DNA from: Histomonas meleagridis 2922-C6/04-290x
Taxonomy: Eukaryota; Protista; Parabasalia
Length of the DNA stretch: 64,000 bases
NCBI GenBank assembly: GCA_020184695.1
Contig: JAANOX010000149.1
Location: forward strand, 205,958-269,957
Direction of reading: 5' to 3'
Under the pieces are notes generated by a model, which made no database searches, was not told the DNA's origin, and saw nothing but the letters and a program-made list of their open reading frames with translations. Both the position numbers and the translations under genes were made by a program. Positions within the stretch are counted from its first letter, which is position 1; the number at the start of each line of letters is the position of its first letter. Of this stretch, positions 22,801 through 34,343 are shown piece after piece.

Positions 22801-23220
22801 GCAATAGTCGCCGATCGTTTCTAATGAAGAAGGAAAGACAACATCTGTAAGTTTTTTACATGATGAAAAACAAGAAATCCCAATTGACTTTACACTGCTG
22901 CCGAATTCAATAGAGCTGATTTCTTGAAACATAAAATATTCATCACCAATATAAGTTACAGTGTCTGGAATAGTAAGAGAACCATTTAATGTTCCAGAAT
23001 GACTTCCATGAAGAACTAGATAGGTAACAGGGTATTCTTTGTTTGAGTGTTGAATTGTTGATGGAAGTGTTAAATCTTCTGAATCTTTACGAATTTTGGT
23101 GAGATTAACATAATCTGGAGAATCATGATAACAATATTCAAAGAGGCCATCTTCTGTAACAAAGTACTCAACAGCATACTCTTTTTTTAATAAAAAAATA
23201 AGGAAGATAATTGGGAACAT
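19858..23220 (-). CDS. BspA-like leucine-rich repeat (LRR_5/TpLRR) single-pass surface protein
   Basis: Signal peptide from ATG 23220 (MFPIIFLIFLL), many xLxxIGxxAFxxCxxL repeats, TM segment near the C-terminus and a cytosolic tail. Confidence 0.9.
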   Translation of the reverse strand: MFPIIFLIFLLKKEYAVEYFVTEDGLFEYCYHDSPDYVNLTKIRKDSEDLTLPSTIQHSNKEYPVTYLVLHGSHSGTLNGSLTIPDTVTYIGDEYFMFQEISSIEFGSSVKSIGISCFSSCKKLTDVVFPSSLETIGDYCFLSSGVTSVSFPYDSELKIIGSTAFKFLQITEISFPSSLIEIGDHCFSNTALTFIDFGYDSKLKTIQQYAFESTQLSGQIEFPESLEVIGASAFQNTKITSIDFHDLSNLTTIESDAFLGTSLRGEIYFPPKISLIGNNCFQGTKITAIYFQSTLLYEETNQLSIGEYAFEGTSLKNEINFPNNLTYIGQYCFANTNITNIEFYLDSSVTLCTKCFYQCKNLIMNFDKINARVIQSEAFSGCSSLKSIVIYENEEIEFHSFYQCSSLEEITIYQNENGNVKTEAISNCNALEVLIIKTPKIENNFIYNCNNLTTFDFYGINKEIYISLRNLPQLVEVIFNDGIYTFEDSFVDFNSLKIVNFYNSNITFKGYSFNNCPSLNSITNDKNSYIINIQSYAFYKCPLLEFECTNVLSMESHSFLESCDQSFTFTSPIIPSYSIKGSTSLKYIRISSTVTKISSHFIEKCPEFNSLEFLDPELKGNKLIIEDEAFWKMDTFEITSRLPERLITIGNESFSGCSKMTGSLFMPSELISIGSNAFAGCTGLNGILDFSNSNKLEIISSYAFLGCTSLCGTLSLPDSLKEIGAYAFTKCDFAGPLIIPDNVIIINQYAFALCSSFTGSLIIGSNVEYIGAYAFSECNGFNGQLEITTKVLKEIGNNAFFSCTSLKGTLNLPNTLVSIGNFAFFECKGLENKLVLPQSLVYIGNSAFAYCTGFTQVLEFPKNISYIGRNAFLQCKGFTKIYFDKTSAKSETITIGDKAFGNLKIKCLSNVPPTCKGNTTDDNRCYDSTGFGFVQESSSILAESCELSTAVEMIITLATAIAGSGVLGIVGSFVKEWFDNIYSVAKRITAIFETVIQESIEVFKKNKDANETIEITITEIKNYLSAETENPQFNLSCAKLKGLLEAAFVKEWPSVPYNIKTNVINNSFNDIDFDALMLRHKRERKEKRCACLKRLFSRKRKDDMMLSSESGASEMNLPLI

Positions 23221-23346
23221 CTTAAGAACGATTATTGAGTGCGGCAAAAAGTGTCATTTTGCATGAGAAACGTTAATTTTACAGTAGCTCAAAATAAAAT
23301 TAGGGTATCCCAAAAACAGATCATTTTACGTTTAACATTTTTACAA

Positions 23347-24237
23347 ATGGAAAGCCCTAAAGATAAAAATATTCCTAAAGTAAATGAAAAAAGCCCCGTT
23401 CGAGTAATGTCTTTAAATATAGGAGAAAAGGACCCAACAACAAATTCACTTGTATCAATGGAAATGCAAGATACTCAAAAGATTGGTTTCCGTAGAAGAA
23501 ACCAAAAGCGTAAATCAATAGATAAAATTTTTAGTAAAATTGACAAATGTGATGTTTCAGAAGTTGATAGAAGTATATTACGTGGTCTACCTCGTAGATC
23601 TCTTGCAAATGATCTTGATCTTACATCATTTAGAAATGGTAATGAAAGCGATGAAGAAGAAGAAAAAGATAGCAAATCTGTAAAAATGTTAGATTTAAAA
23701 ATAGGAGAACAAAATCCCATGACAAATTCTTTAGTAGCTCTTGAAATGCAAGACACACATAAAATTGGGTTCAAGAAGCGAAACAAAAGAAGGAAATCGA
23801 TTGATAAAATTTTTGAAAAATTTGATGATGTTCATATCAATAATGTTGAAAAATCCAAGTTATCAAATATACCTCGAAGATCTTTAGCTGATAACGATAT
23901 CAAACAGATACGTAATTTCCACTCTGAAAGTGATGATGAAAATGATGATCCTAATAGCAATGTTAAAGTTCAAATGCTTGATTTAAACATTGGCGAAACA
24001 GATCCAACAGCAAAATCATTGGTTGCTCTTGAAATGAAGGACACAAAGAGAACTGGTTTCAAGAGAAGTCCACAGAGAAGAAAATCAATTGATCGGATTT
24101 TTTCAAAAGTTAAATCAGTTAATGTCGATTGCGAAGTTGATGAGTCCATTCTAAAGAAAGTTCCAAGGAGATCACTTGCGAATGACTTTGATGTTAGTTC
24201 GTTTAGAACACAGAATAAGGAAAGTGATTCAGAATGA
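23347..24237 (+). CDS. Hypothetical protein made of three tandem ~95-aa repeats
   Basis: Three copies of L(N/K)IGE..P...SLV..EM.DT...GF.(R/K)...RKSID.IF.K...PRRSLA..D.....R....ESD. ATG at 23347, with TCATTTT Inr about 26 nt upstream. Confidence 0.75.
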   Translation: MESPKDKNIPKVNEKSPVRVMSLNIGEKDPTTNSLVSMEMQDTQKIGFRRRNQKRKSIDKIFSKIDKCDVSEVDRSILRGLPRRSLANDLDLTSFRNGNESDEEEEKDSKSVKMLDLKIGEQNPMTNSLVALEMQDTHKIGFKKRNKRRKSIDKIFEKFDDVHINNVEKSKLSNIPRRSLADNDIKQIRNFHSESDDENDDPNSNVKVQMLDLNIGETDPTAKSLVALEMKDTKRTGFKRSPQRRKSIDRIFSKVKSVNVDCEVDESILKKVPRRSLANDFDVSSFRTQNKESDSE

Positions 24238-25567
24238 TTTCTTATATGATTAAAACATATATCTTTCAATAAATATCAATGCTTTTGTTTTAAGAAATTT
24301 CTTTACATAGTGTAAAATTTCAATCACTTCCACATGATTCAGTTTTATCTTTTTCTTACAATTTCATTATCAACAACATAATAAATAAAATAATTTTACT
24401 AAAATCATTTTAATTATATACCAATAACTCATTATCATATATTGAAACTGAATTTCTTTATTTTAATTATACAACCAATTACAAGATATTCTTCGAATTC
24501 GAAATAAAATAATAAGAATTACAGGAGGAGTATTTCTTAAAATAAAAATGCTTGATACAAAATAATAATCATGCATAGAATACTGTTTAAGATACAAAAC
24601 TTTACATGGAACAATGTTCAAGCCATATTAAAAAATAGAATAACAATTAAAATAAATTGATATATTTTTATGATACATAATATTTTAAATTAACTTCCAA
24701 TGTATTCTTATTTTCATATTTTATTTAGAATTTTATGGAAAATATCCAGAGAAATTTGAATTTTTTGTTTAAAGCGTCAGTTTTTCTCTTCACTTGGGCT
24801 GCATCGGTTGCTTTTTGCTCAATTCTGAAGTTTTTCTACGGGCTTTTTCATTGCCGTTTTTCAGAAAATTGAGAAATTTTTCAATTGATTGGCGTTATTT
24901 TACCTAGAAGCTCCTTCAAGCAAAACACCTTATATCTTGTTCTTTCCACGAATTAAAAATTACAACTTTAAATTATTAAAATACCAAAATGATTTAATGT
25001 AATTGCCAATTTACAAAAATTATTCTTACTTAACATTTTTCAAAAGCATATATTAGAAAAAAAGAAAAATCCAAATTTAACTAAGCTAATTAGGATTGGA
25101 GAATTTTTTACATTTATATGCATCTAAGTTTCCTTGAAAATTATAAAATCTTTTTTTATTTTTACATAATGATTTCTTCTTTTTTTGATGCATTGATTTC
25201 CTTTCGAAGTATGATTATCGTTTCAGCTTTAAATTTGTAATAACAAAATCGTAAACGAGAATAGATATTATTTTTTGTATTGTTTTTCATCAGTGATTAG
25301 TAGCAGTTTCTTTCGAAAATTTCATAAAATTTTTATATACTATCAGTAGCATTTTCCTGGTTTTATTTTCTAGTCTTGAAGCTAAAGTTGTTTTCCCAAA
25401 AGTCATTTCTTCAGAAAACAAAAATAATTGAAAGAAATTGACTGCACACAAACCATGGATCACAACCAATTCAATTTTCAATGACCCAGAACAATAATAT
25501 TTACTTCACAATTGTTTGAGTTGATTTTGATCGTATTAGCGTTTAGCCATTTCTGGGCTCTGCAAAA

Positions 25568-26596
25568 ATGGAAGCATATGAAACAAACGGATACAGCATT
25601 TTTAAATTTGTGCCATTAGTTGCTTTTGCACTTATATTTTTCGTCGCATTTCAAAAAATCGATAATGTATCTCAAAAAATTAGAATTAAAATCTTTAGTA
25701 CCAAAGGATCAAAGATGCTATTTCTTATCATAACAATGCCAAATAGTATAAGGCCTGTAAATATGTCACGTTATTTTGTTAATGAATTAAATCAAATGCC
25801 TGGATATAAAGCAATATATCTCGAATGGAAAAACGTCAACAAGACAGAGCAAGTCAACAAAGAAGATGTTTTAAACCTAAAAGTCCCCGACTTCTATTCA
25901 AAAGTTGTTGCCAATGTCCAAACATATGGTGAATATTCACCAAAGAGCATTGACATTTTCCGGAAAACGTATTTTGGCCTTTCCTATTATTATCATGAGA
26001 CAAATTATCGATGGCTTCATCGCGGCACTGATGATAATGCAGTTAATTTAGATCTTTTAGAGGCATACTATGAATCATTAGAAGCAAAATATGATCCAAT
26101 TAACCAACCAGTAATCCTTGGCTGTTGTATCAAGAAATCATATTCACCAGGATTTCTTCAAGGTGGCGTTGGGTATCTTTACTCACGAAGAGCAGTAGAG
26201 TTAATGCTTCCGATGTATGAACATGTTATTCATACATGTAAAAGCGCAGAAGACATTTGTCATGACGAATTCATATTTAAGTTGGGTATTACAATCGTAA
26301 ATGCAACGTCATTTAAATTTTTGGGTCATCCATTCACTAAAGATGACTTAGAAAGAATCGATAAAAATGATTTCCATGACTTAAGTCCATGTCCAAAAAC
26401 AGAATATCCAGCAAATCTAAACCATTGCGGAAAGTTTCATGGGCCTTTAAATGAAATAGTTTTCTTACATCATCACGCTGATGGAATCAACAAAATCATA
26501 GAGAGAGCCAAACGGATATTTGCAGTTAAGGATGAAACAGTACATTATTATTTCCCTGATTTTCTCATGCCAAAATTGTGTAAAGCAACAAATTAA
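25568..26596 (+). CDS. Type II membrane glycosyltransferase, GT31/Fringe-like (beta-1,3-galactosyltransferase-like)
   Basis: N-terminal TM anchor; WLHRGTDD, FLQGGVGYLYSRRAV and AED motifs. Confidence 0.75.
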   Translation: MEAYETNGYSIFKFVPLVAFALIFFVAFQKIDNVSQKIRIKIFSTKGSKMLFLIITMPNSIRPVNMSRYFVNELNQMPGYKAIYLEWKNVNKTEQVNKEDVLNLKVPDFYSKVVANVQTYGEYSPKSIDIFRKTYFGLSYYYHETNYRWLHRGTDDNAVNLDLLEAYYESLEAKYDPINQPVILGCCIKKSYSPGFLQGGVGYLYSRRAVELMLPMYEHVIHTCKSAEDICHDEFIFKLGITIVNATSFKFLGHPFTKDDLERIDKNDFHDLSPCPKTEYPANLNHCGKFHGPLNEIVFLHHHADGINKIIERAKRIFAVKDETVHYYFPDFLMPKLCKATN

Positions 26597-27382
26597 TGTT
26601 TATGCAAAAGTGGCGATTAATTGCTTCATTCTAATAATTATTAATACGTTTTTTAGATATGATTGTTTGATAATAAAAATTTGAGTGTTTAATATTTTAT
26701 GTTATAAAAAGCTCATTCTTGATAAAGGAGAAATATACACAAAGATTTAGGGTAAATAATTGCAAAAAATAAATAATAAAAATATAACTTTTGTGATCGA
26801 ATTTTTCTTTCAAATTATTTTACATTGATGGTAAAATTCCTTACCTTTTCCAAAATAAAAAGTTTTTCCTAAAAGCCTCTAATATGATTTGAATTAAATA
26901 AACTAAATATACGAATTTTTTTATCTTGGGTAGTTCTCTTCCCACAGATGCACATGTTTTTGGCAACAGGGAAAAGTATTGAATTTTTTGTAACTGCTTT
27001 ATGGTAAGGCTTTAAATAGTTATATCACTTATAATTTTTGAGCAGTTGCAAAAATGTTTTTTGTATATAACTGGCTGACCTTCAAAACGGGAAATTTGAC
27101 TTTTTGTCAATATCTTTTGAATAAGATCCAGTAAATGCATGTGAACAATGAAATGATGGAAGTTGGAGATCTGTAACTTATGTGAGACATTCTGCAAACT
27201 TTGTAAGTGAAAATTCATCACTACTTTTTGTTGGTTTTGATTGGATGTCATTAGCTATTAAAGCTTAATGATCTATCTTTAACTTATCATTGATAATTGA
27301 ACAATTATATTCACCAGAAACATATAAATAAAAGGCATAAAATTTACAAAACATAATAAGTTAATTGGAATTTTCTATTTAT

Positions 27383-29491
27383 TTACATTCCATAAGCGAG
27401 TCCAATTCCATAGTACACACTCACACACGCGATCAAACATGCGATTGTTACAATTATTCCCCAAATTATCATTTCCTTTGATGTCAAATAGTTTTTACCC
27501 GTATCATCCTGCAACGAAACAGTGCAAATGTTTGGGAAAGACGACACCGGCAGCACCTGCGATGCTGTAGTTGTCATACATGCGCACATTGCGTACAGTG
27601 CCAAATGACCTGAATTCGCAGCGAAAGTACAAACCAAAGGCAAAGTGATCATTGATGACACAGTATGTGTTAATAATATATCTATCACGAGTACGCAAGC
27701 GTTCACAATAAGTATCGACACCCATAAACTTGTTCCTCCCAATAAACTTTCGAGTAAATTCTTCGCGACTTCCATTAGCCCTGAATCTGTAACTATTTTA
27801 CATAATGCGTTACCTCCCATTAACATAAATATGATGTTCCATGGTAACTCAGTGATTTTCGATGGATTTAATATTCCGATTCCATAAAACATTAGAACGG
27901 GTATTAATCCAACAACACCATAATCGGAAAATGCTTTGTTACCACCAAATGGTAATGATATCCATATAGCTATTGTTCCTAATGATATAATGCCAACAAA
28001 CCATTGCATCCAACCAAACTCTGTCTTCGAATTTGGTACTGGTGGAACTTGATCAATATCCATTTTATATTTTATTTGTAACATTACCCATGCAATGAGA
28101 CAACAAACAATTGCATATGGTAATGCAGTAGCAAAGAATTCAACAAAGTCAACAGAAACATCTAAGTCATTTGCTGTCGCTGCTTGTGCTACTGCTTCAA
28201 CTGTAACTGCGTTTTGTGGTGATGATAATGGCGTCATCATTCCTCCTAAGTTTCCACCAACTGCAATTGCAAATAACATCGCTTTGATATATTCAGAATT
28301 TCGTGGTATTTGTTTAAGTGTTGGAACAACTAAGGCTACAACTATCATTGTACTTGTAATGTTCGAAATCCACATAGCAATAAAGGCATTAAGTATTATC
28401 AAAACTAATAAAAATAAGCGTTTGTTACATGAAGCTTTTTGTAAGATAATCATCGCAATTCGTTTATCTAATTCAGTCTCACGTAAACCTGCCGCTATAG
28501 TGAAGCCACCAATTGTAAGAAAAACAGTGGATGACATTGTTGATTGATGAATTACTTTCCCAACAGTTTCCCAAGAATCAGGTAAAACGCCACAAACTAC
28601 ACCTAAAAATGGTATACTTAACGATGTTAGCCATAAAGGAACTGCACCTGTTGCCCATAATATTGCGGCAAAAAATACAATCCCTAAACAACGTTGTGCA
28701 GACATCTCAAATTTCAGAGTGAATTGAAAAAATTGAAAGGCTAATAATACCGCGAGTGAAATAACTAATGGAATCGCTTTGATACTTGCGGGAGCTAATA
28801 AAAGTTCATTATGACGAAACGTCATGGCTTCAAATTTAGATAGTACTGTGGATTGTTTCCAAAGAAGAGCATTTTCAACTTGTGAATGAAGTTGTACAAC
28901 AATATCAGAACGTGAAGAATGGTCAGTATTGGGAGATACACGTCGTTTCATTGTGACAAATAAATCTTCGAGTTGTGAAATTAAAATTGAAATATCAGAA
29001 AGTGATCCAAATATTTCATTTTCAATGGATAAATATTCTTCTCGGAATTCTGGTTGGCTTAAAAGCCGTGCAAACTTCTTCACGATCTTTTCTCCACCAG
29101 TTTTGTTGACTTCTAAAAAAGTACGTAATTCATAAACTGTAAGCATTTCACCATAAATTCTCTTATGAAATGATTTTTCAGCTTCTTCTGACCTTTCATC
29201 ACTTTCAAGTTGATCATCTAAATCAGCACGAATTTCATCAATAGATTTCTCAATTTCTTCATATTGTTGTGAATAAAATGTAGCGATTTGGCTTATGCTT
29301 TCTCGAAGAGCTGAAATGAACTTTTCATTGCATGTATTTTTAAGATTTTCAACATCGGTAGGTGAGATATCAGTTGTTTCTTCAATTAAGGAGATAAATT
29401 GTTTAATCATCTTTTTTAAATCTTTATATGGAATGTATCTGTCATACCATTGCTTAACAGCAACAAAACGAAGCTGTTTCCCAAATTTCAT
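27383..29491 (-). CDS. SPX-domain SLC13/CitMHS-type transporter (Pho87/Pho90/Pho91-like phosphate transporter)
   Basis: N-terminal SPX MKFGKQL...YIPYKDLKK...VNKTGGEKIVKK, followed by a multi-TM permease with WISNITST and GGMMTPLSSPQN hairpin motifs. Confidence 0.9.
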   Translation of the reverse strand: MKFGKQLRFVAVKQWYDRYIPYKDLKKMIKQFISLIEETTDISPTDVENLKNTCNEKFISALRESISQIATFYSQQYEEIEKSIDEIRADLDDQLESDERSEEAEKSFHKRIYGEMLTVYELRTFLEVNKTGGEKIVKKFARLLSQPEFREEYLSIENEIFGSLSDISILISQLEDLFVTMKRRVSPNTDHSSRSDIVVQLHSQVENALLWKQSTVLSKFEAMTFRHNELLLAPASIKAIPLVISLAVLLAFQFFQFTLKFEMSAQRCLGIVFFAAILWATGAVPLWLTSLSIPFLGVVCGVLPDSWETVGKVIHQSTMSSTVFLTIGGFTIAAGLRETELDKRIAMIILQKASCNKRLFLLVLIILNAFIAMWISNITSTMIVVALVVPTLKQIPRNSEYIKAMLFAIAVGGNLGGMMTPLSSPQNAVTVEAVAQAATANDLDVSVDFVEFFATALPYAIVCCLIAWVMLQIKYKMDIDQVPPVPNSKTEFGWMQWFVGIISLGTIAIWISLPFGGNKAFSDYGVVGLIPVLMFYGIGILNPSKITELPWNIIFMLMGGNALCKIVTDSGLMEVAKNLLESLLGGTSLWVSILIVNACVLVIDILLTHTVSSMITLPLVCTFAANSGHLALYAMCACMTTTASQVLPVSSFPNICTVSLQDDTGKNYLTSKEMIIWGIIVTIACLIACVSVYYGIGLAYGM

Positions 29492-30616
29492 TGAAGTGAG
29501 GTCTTCAAAAGAGTCGAAGTAACGTATTCAATACAAAAATGGGTCAATTCCAGGATTACGAAGTTATTAATTATAAAATATCATCAGATTATAATCAATA
29601 TGATATTTCTCATCTAAGCATTCAATAATAATCTTAATATATCAAATAAAGAGAAAAATAAATGCATTCTAAAAGCTATTTTACAACGGTTCAACTATCG
29701 GCCCATGAAACGATGGTTTTGGTCATTTGCTTCAAAAAGTTGAATTTGACTATTGCAACAGATTAATATGCTCACAATATTGAATGAGGAAAATCTATCA
29801 CGAAAAATAAACGTTTGCTTAAGCAATACCTTGGTAAAGAGGTTTTTTGGCATTTTTGAAAACGAAATATTGAAAAAGTCATTTTATTCTGATGTGTACT
29901 AATATCGATGTTTTTTACAAAGAAGTGAAAGCAACAAATTCCACAATGGTATTTGCATATAACTAGAAAATATTAATAAACATATAGATGGAACCCTATG
30001 CACATATATTTGAGTGAATTCATTCGTCTATTTTTTGGATGTTTTCATTTTTCGATTTCAAATATTTGCTCACAAAAAGTCAATTCAAAAACCGCATTAT
30101 CACAAAGAAACACCTAAAAAAAATAAAAAATGCGTTATAATACCAAACTTTTGCATCATTATAAAATTTTAATCGTTGTAGACTTTCTAAATTTTAATGT
30201 TGAGTAAATGTATATACTTTTCATAATATATATTAAACTCGTTACGCAAATTTCGTGATATCCGTACCCCAATTTTTTGGTATTGGGCTCAATTAAGCGC
30301 CTTAATTTTGATTAAAATGAGTTTTATTTTAGTGGTGGGAAATCCTTAAAATTTATTCCAGGATGGTGTGTATTTTATGTGCAATCCTCTTATTCAATTT
30401 TCAATAGTTTATACTCAGAGTATCAATCGTTACATCACGACTTTTTGATATAAATTTAATCGTTCTTCACTTTTTGTCATTTTACGCGTCTCAAATTTGA
30501 GTAAAAATTTAATTCATTATTAATTGTGTCAATATAAAGTACTTAAAAAATGGGAGTTGTAAACTGCCAATTGTGTTCAATTATCATGACATTTTGAGGT
30601 TATTCAGTTCGACTTC

Positions 30617-33298
30617 ATGAGTGGAACATCGATGTTTTTTTTTATTACTTTGTGCATTCAAGCATTTCAAGTATATGACGATGTAACCAAAACACTTACA
30701 ATCACAAACTCAAATGAATTTTCACAAGAATACCGCTCTTCAGCAGAACATGTTATCATAAATGGTGATATAGATTCAATTCCTTCGAATTCATTTTACA
30801 CATGGGATATAATCTCCGCCACAATCGGTGATTCAATCATTTCAATTGGGAATAGATCATTCTATGTCTGTTTTTCATTAGAAAATGTTTCACTAGGGAA
30901 AAATGTAAGAACGATAAACGAAAGTGCATTTTCATTATGTTCTGCGTTGAAAAATATTATATTTCCAAAATCCCTTACATATATTGGCGAAGAGTCATTT
31001 TATTCTACTGGCTTATTAACAATTACTATAAGCGAAGGTATAGAGGTAATACACGAATCAGCGTTTGAATCATGTGATCTCGCAACGAATCTTACTCTGT
31101 CAGAATCAGTCATTCGAATTGAAAAAAATGGATTTTATCAATGTTCATCATTGACACAAATTCATTTTGGGAGTAAAATTGAATCAATTGGTGAACAAGC
31201 ATTTGGCTCTTGTAAATCATTACAAAATCTGACACTACCCGATTCACTTTTAATAATTGGCGATTATTGTTTTCAGTATTGCTCCAATCTTGAGCACATT
31301 GTCCTTGGAACGAATTTGAAATCGATCGGGAATTTTTCATTTTCATATTTAGAAAAAATCACAAATTTCACGATACAGGAATCCATTGAAAACATTGGTA
31401 TGAATCCATTTTCATCTACGCCATTAGTATATATTAATGTTTCCAAAGAGAATAAATATTTTTCCAACTTAAATGATGATGGCATTTTATATAATAAGAA
31501 TATCACATCCATTATTATATATCCAAAAAATTATCCATTAACAACATATGAATTTCCTTCGACTATTATTAGTACTTCAGATTATACATTTAGTAAGTGT
31601 CAATTAAAAGAAATTAATTTATCTGAAAATCTTCAAACAATTGGAATAAATGCATTTTCGGAATGTTATAATTTGATAAATATAACTTTAAAGAATTCCA
31701 TGAAAACTATTTGCGAATATGCATTTCAATCTTGTTCCAATTTGATATCAATTGATTTCGGTAACAGTCTTGAAATTATCGGAACATATGCCTTCCATTC
31801 ATGTGGATTTATAAGTATAACATTTCCAAACGCAATTAAATCAATTGGACAAAATTCATTTTATACATGCAATAAATTGGAAATTATTGATTTCGGAAAT
31901 GGTTTAAACACAATTCCAATGTATTCATTTGGTAATTGCCGAAGTTTAACTAATGTTTCGATACCTGATACAATAATATCGATTGATGCAAATGCGTTTT
32001 ATTATTGTTCTAATTTAAATATTATTAATATATCAAAAGATAATTTATATTATTCTAATTATAATGATGATGGAATTGTTTATAGTAAAAATTTAACAAT
32101 TTTATGTATATATCCATATGGTAAAATAGAAAAAACTTTTGATGTTCCTTCTACAGTAATTGCTATTGGTGATAATTCATTTTATTATCACCCTTCAATC
32201 GAAACAGTTAATTTCACATTAAATGTTACAATAATTTATTCATATGCATTTTATTCATGTAAAAAATTGGTTAATATAACTAATTCTGATTCAGTATATT
32301 TAATTGGAGATAGAGCATTTTATGGATGTTCAAAGTTAATATCATTTTTAAGTGATAATATTTCCATTATAGAAAACGAAGGATTTTATGGTTGTACTTC
32401 GATCATAAATATAACATTAACAGATAAATTAACTTATATTGGATCATCATCATTTCGTAGATGTGAAGAATTATTAGATGTATATTTAAGTGATAATATA
32501 ATATATATTGGTGATTCAGCATTTGAAAATTGTGAGAAAATATCAAAAATTAAATTACCAAATAAAATTAATTATATTTTAGAGGAAACATTTAGTTACT
32601 GTCAAAATTTAATGTCTGTTGAATTAAATGAAAATTTAATAGATATTGGCGTAAGTGCATTTTTTTATTGTTCCAACTTAAATAATATAACAATTCCGTC
32701 AACAACAATTAATATTGGAAATTATTCATTTCAAAGTTGTGATAATTTGGAAACAATTATTATCGGTAAAAGTGTACAAACAATTGGAATAAATGCATTC
32801 GGAAAATGTTCGTCACTTAAATGCATTTCATTTTATGGAGAAACTGAACCATTAATATATGAAAACTCTTTTAATGGAATCGTTGCAGATTCTGTTATGG
32901 TAACAACTGCATACAAAAGCATAAAATTTGGAAACTTAAATGTCTCCAAAGATACTATAGGGGAATGCCAACAAGTTATAACGCAAACATTTACGCAAAC
33001 GAATACATTTACGCAATCGAACACATATTCACAATCAAATACTTATTCACAATCAAATACATATTCGCAATCGAACACTTATTCGAATTCGAATATGTTC
33101 ACTGCTTCGTTTGATTTAGATAATGCGGAAGACGAATCAAACGATTGGGTGATCCCTGTGGTGATTGTCGTTGTTGTTGTAGTGGTAATTGCTGTGGCGG
33201 TCACAGTAACAATTGTTTTGGTAAGAAGGAAAAAAGCTGTGAGTACAAATGAGAAATTAGAGAGTGAACAAAATGAAATTGACGACGATTTACTTTGA
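30617..33298 (+). CDS. BspA-like LRR_5 single-pass surface protein with an SQSNTY-repeat stalk
   Basis: Signal peptide, TpLRR repeats, NDDG(I/V).Y(N/S)KN.T....YP inserts, (SQSNTY)x3-4, poly-Val TM and a C-terminal DDDLL. Confidence 0.9.
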   Translation: MSGTSMFFFITLCIQAFQVYDDVTKTLTITNSNEFSQEYRSSAEHVIINGDIDSIPSNSFYTWDIISATIGDSIISIGNRSFYVCFSLENVSLGKNVRTINESAFSLCSALKNIIFPKSLTYIGEESFYSTGLLTITISEGIEVIHESAFESCDLATNLTLSESVIRIEKNGFYQCSSLTQIHFGSKIESIGEQAFGSCKSLQNLTLPDSLLIIGDYCFQYCSNLEHIVLGTNLKSIGNFSFSYLEKITNFTIQESIENIGMNPFSSTPLVYINVSKENKYFSNLNDDGILYNKNITSIIIYPKNYPLTTYEFPSTIISTSDYTFSKCQLKEINLSENLQTIGINAFSECYNLINITLKNSMKTICEYAFQSCSNLISIDFGNSLEIIGTYAFHSCGFISITFPNAIKSIGQNSFYTCNKLEIIDFGNGLNTIPMYSFGNCRSLTNVSIPDTIISIDANAFYYCSNLNIINISKDNLYYSNYNDDGIVYSKNLTILCIYPYGKIEKTFDVPSTVIAIGDNSFYYHPSIETVNFTLNVTIIYSYAFYSCKKLVNITNSDSVYLIGDRAFYGCSKLISFLSDNISIIENEGFYGCTSIINITLTDKLTYIGSSSFRRCEELLDVYLSDNIIYIGDSAFENCEKISKIKLPNKINYILEETFSYCQNLMSVELNENLIDIGVSAFFYCSNLNNITIPSTTINIGNYSFQSCDNLETIIIGKSVQTIGINAFGKCSSLKCISFYGETEPLIYENSFNGIVADSVMVTTAYKSIKFGNLNVSKDTIGECQQVITQTFTQTNTFTQSNTYSQSNTYSQSNTYSQSNTYSNSNMFTASFDLDNAEDESNDWVIPVVIVVVVVVVIAVAVTVTIVLVRRKKAVSTNEKLESEQNEIDDDLL

Positions 33299-34343
33299 TA
33301 TATATATTAAATACAGAATGAATTATTTAAATGAGTCAAAAATGTTTAACGATTTGAGTTTGTTAATAAAAATTCGTTCGAAGAAAATTTATTTTCGGAT
33401 TTTGTTTACTTCATATTGAGAATGACGTAATGAGATTACACTCGGTAAGTAATCATTAGCTTCTCTTAAGCCCAAATCATTTGTTTTTGCATGTGACTTT
33501 TTTAAAATGGAAAATGATTTATTTCGTTTCTAAACGATGATGCAACCAATGAAATTTATATTAAATAAGGAATTACCTTAATAACAATTGCAGATATCAC
33601 GAAATTTTCATTCTTAAAGTTGAAGTTTCAAAAATTGCCGGAAAAGTGATAAATCTGCTGACACGGGGGTAATAACATGACGTAGGTTTAGACTTAATTT
33701 TTCTAACTTTGCAAATATTAGTTAAGACACAAGTTCTAATACAAAATTTCGAATTTTTTTCGAAATTATGAAATTATTGTTAAAATATAACTGGCCTAAG
33801 AATATATTTTCATTTCAGCATATGAAAAAAATCACAGCAACAATATCAATTTGTCTAATTTTGATAAAGGAAGATCGAATTGGTGTATTAAGAAGAAAAA
33901 GAAGGTATAGCATTTTTATAAAAAAATCGAGAATATTTTGTTCCTGACCTTTAGTGAATTCTATGTCATATCGATAATATGATGTTAGTCATTAGGGAAA
34001 ATGAGATTTGATATTTTTTATTATTATAATTGTAAGCTTTATTTAATTTTCAAAGCATGATCTATGAAAAAGTGAAAGATTGTCATTTTTTTGCATTATT
34101 TTAAAAATTTATGACTTACACATCAATTTACAATATTAAATTTATTAAATTCATACAAATGAATCTACATAATCTTTGAAATAAAAAATTTTTTACAGAA
34201 GGATTTTTAAAAATATCAAATATATAAAAAGTTTTTGAAGTAAAGAAAAATTTGACAAAAGTCATTAATACGAAGATTTTCATAAATATTTATTAAAACA
34301 TTTATGTTTTAAGCAAATTTGCTTCGATTGTTAAATAGAAAAT

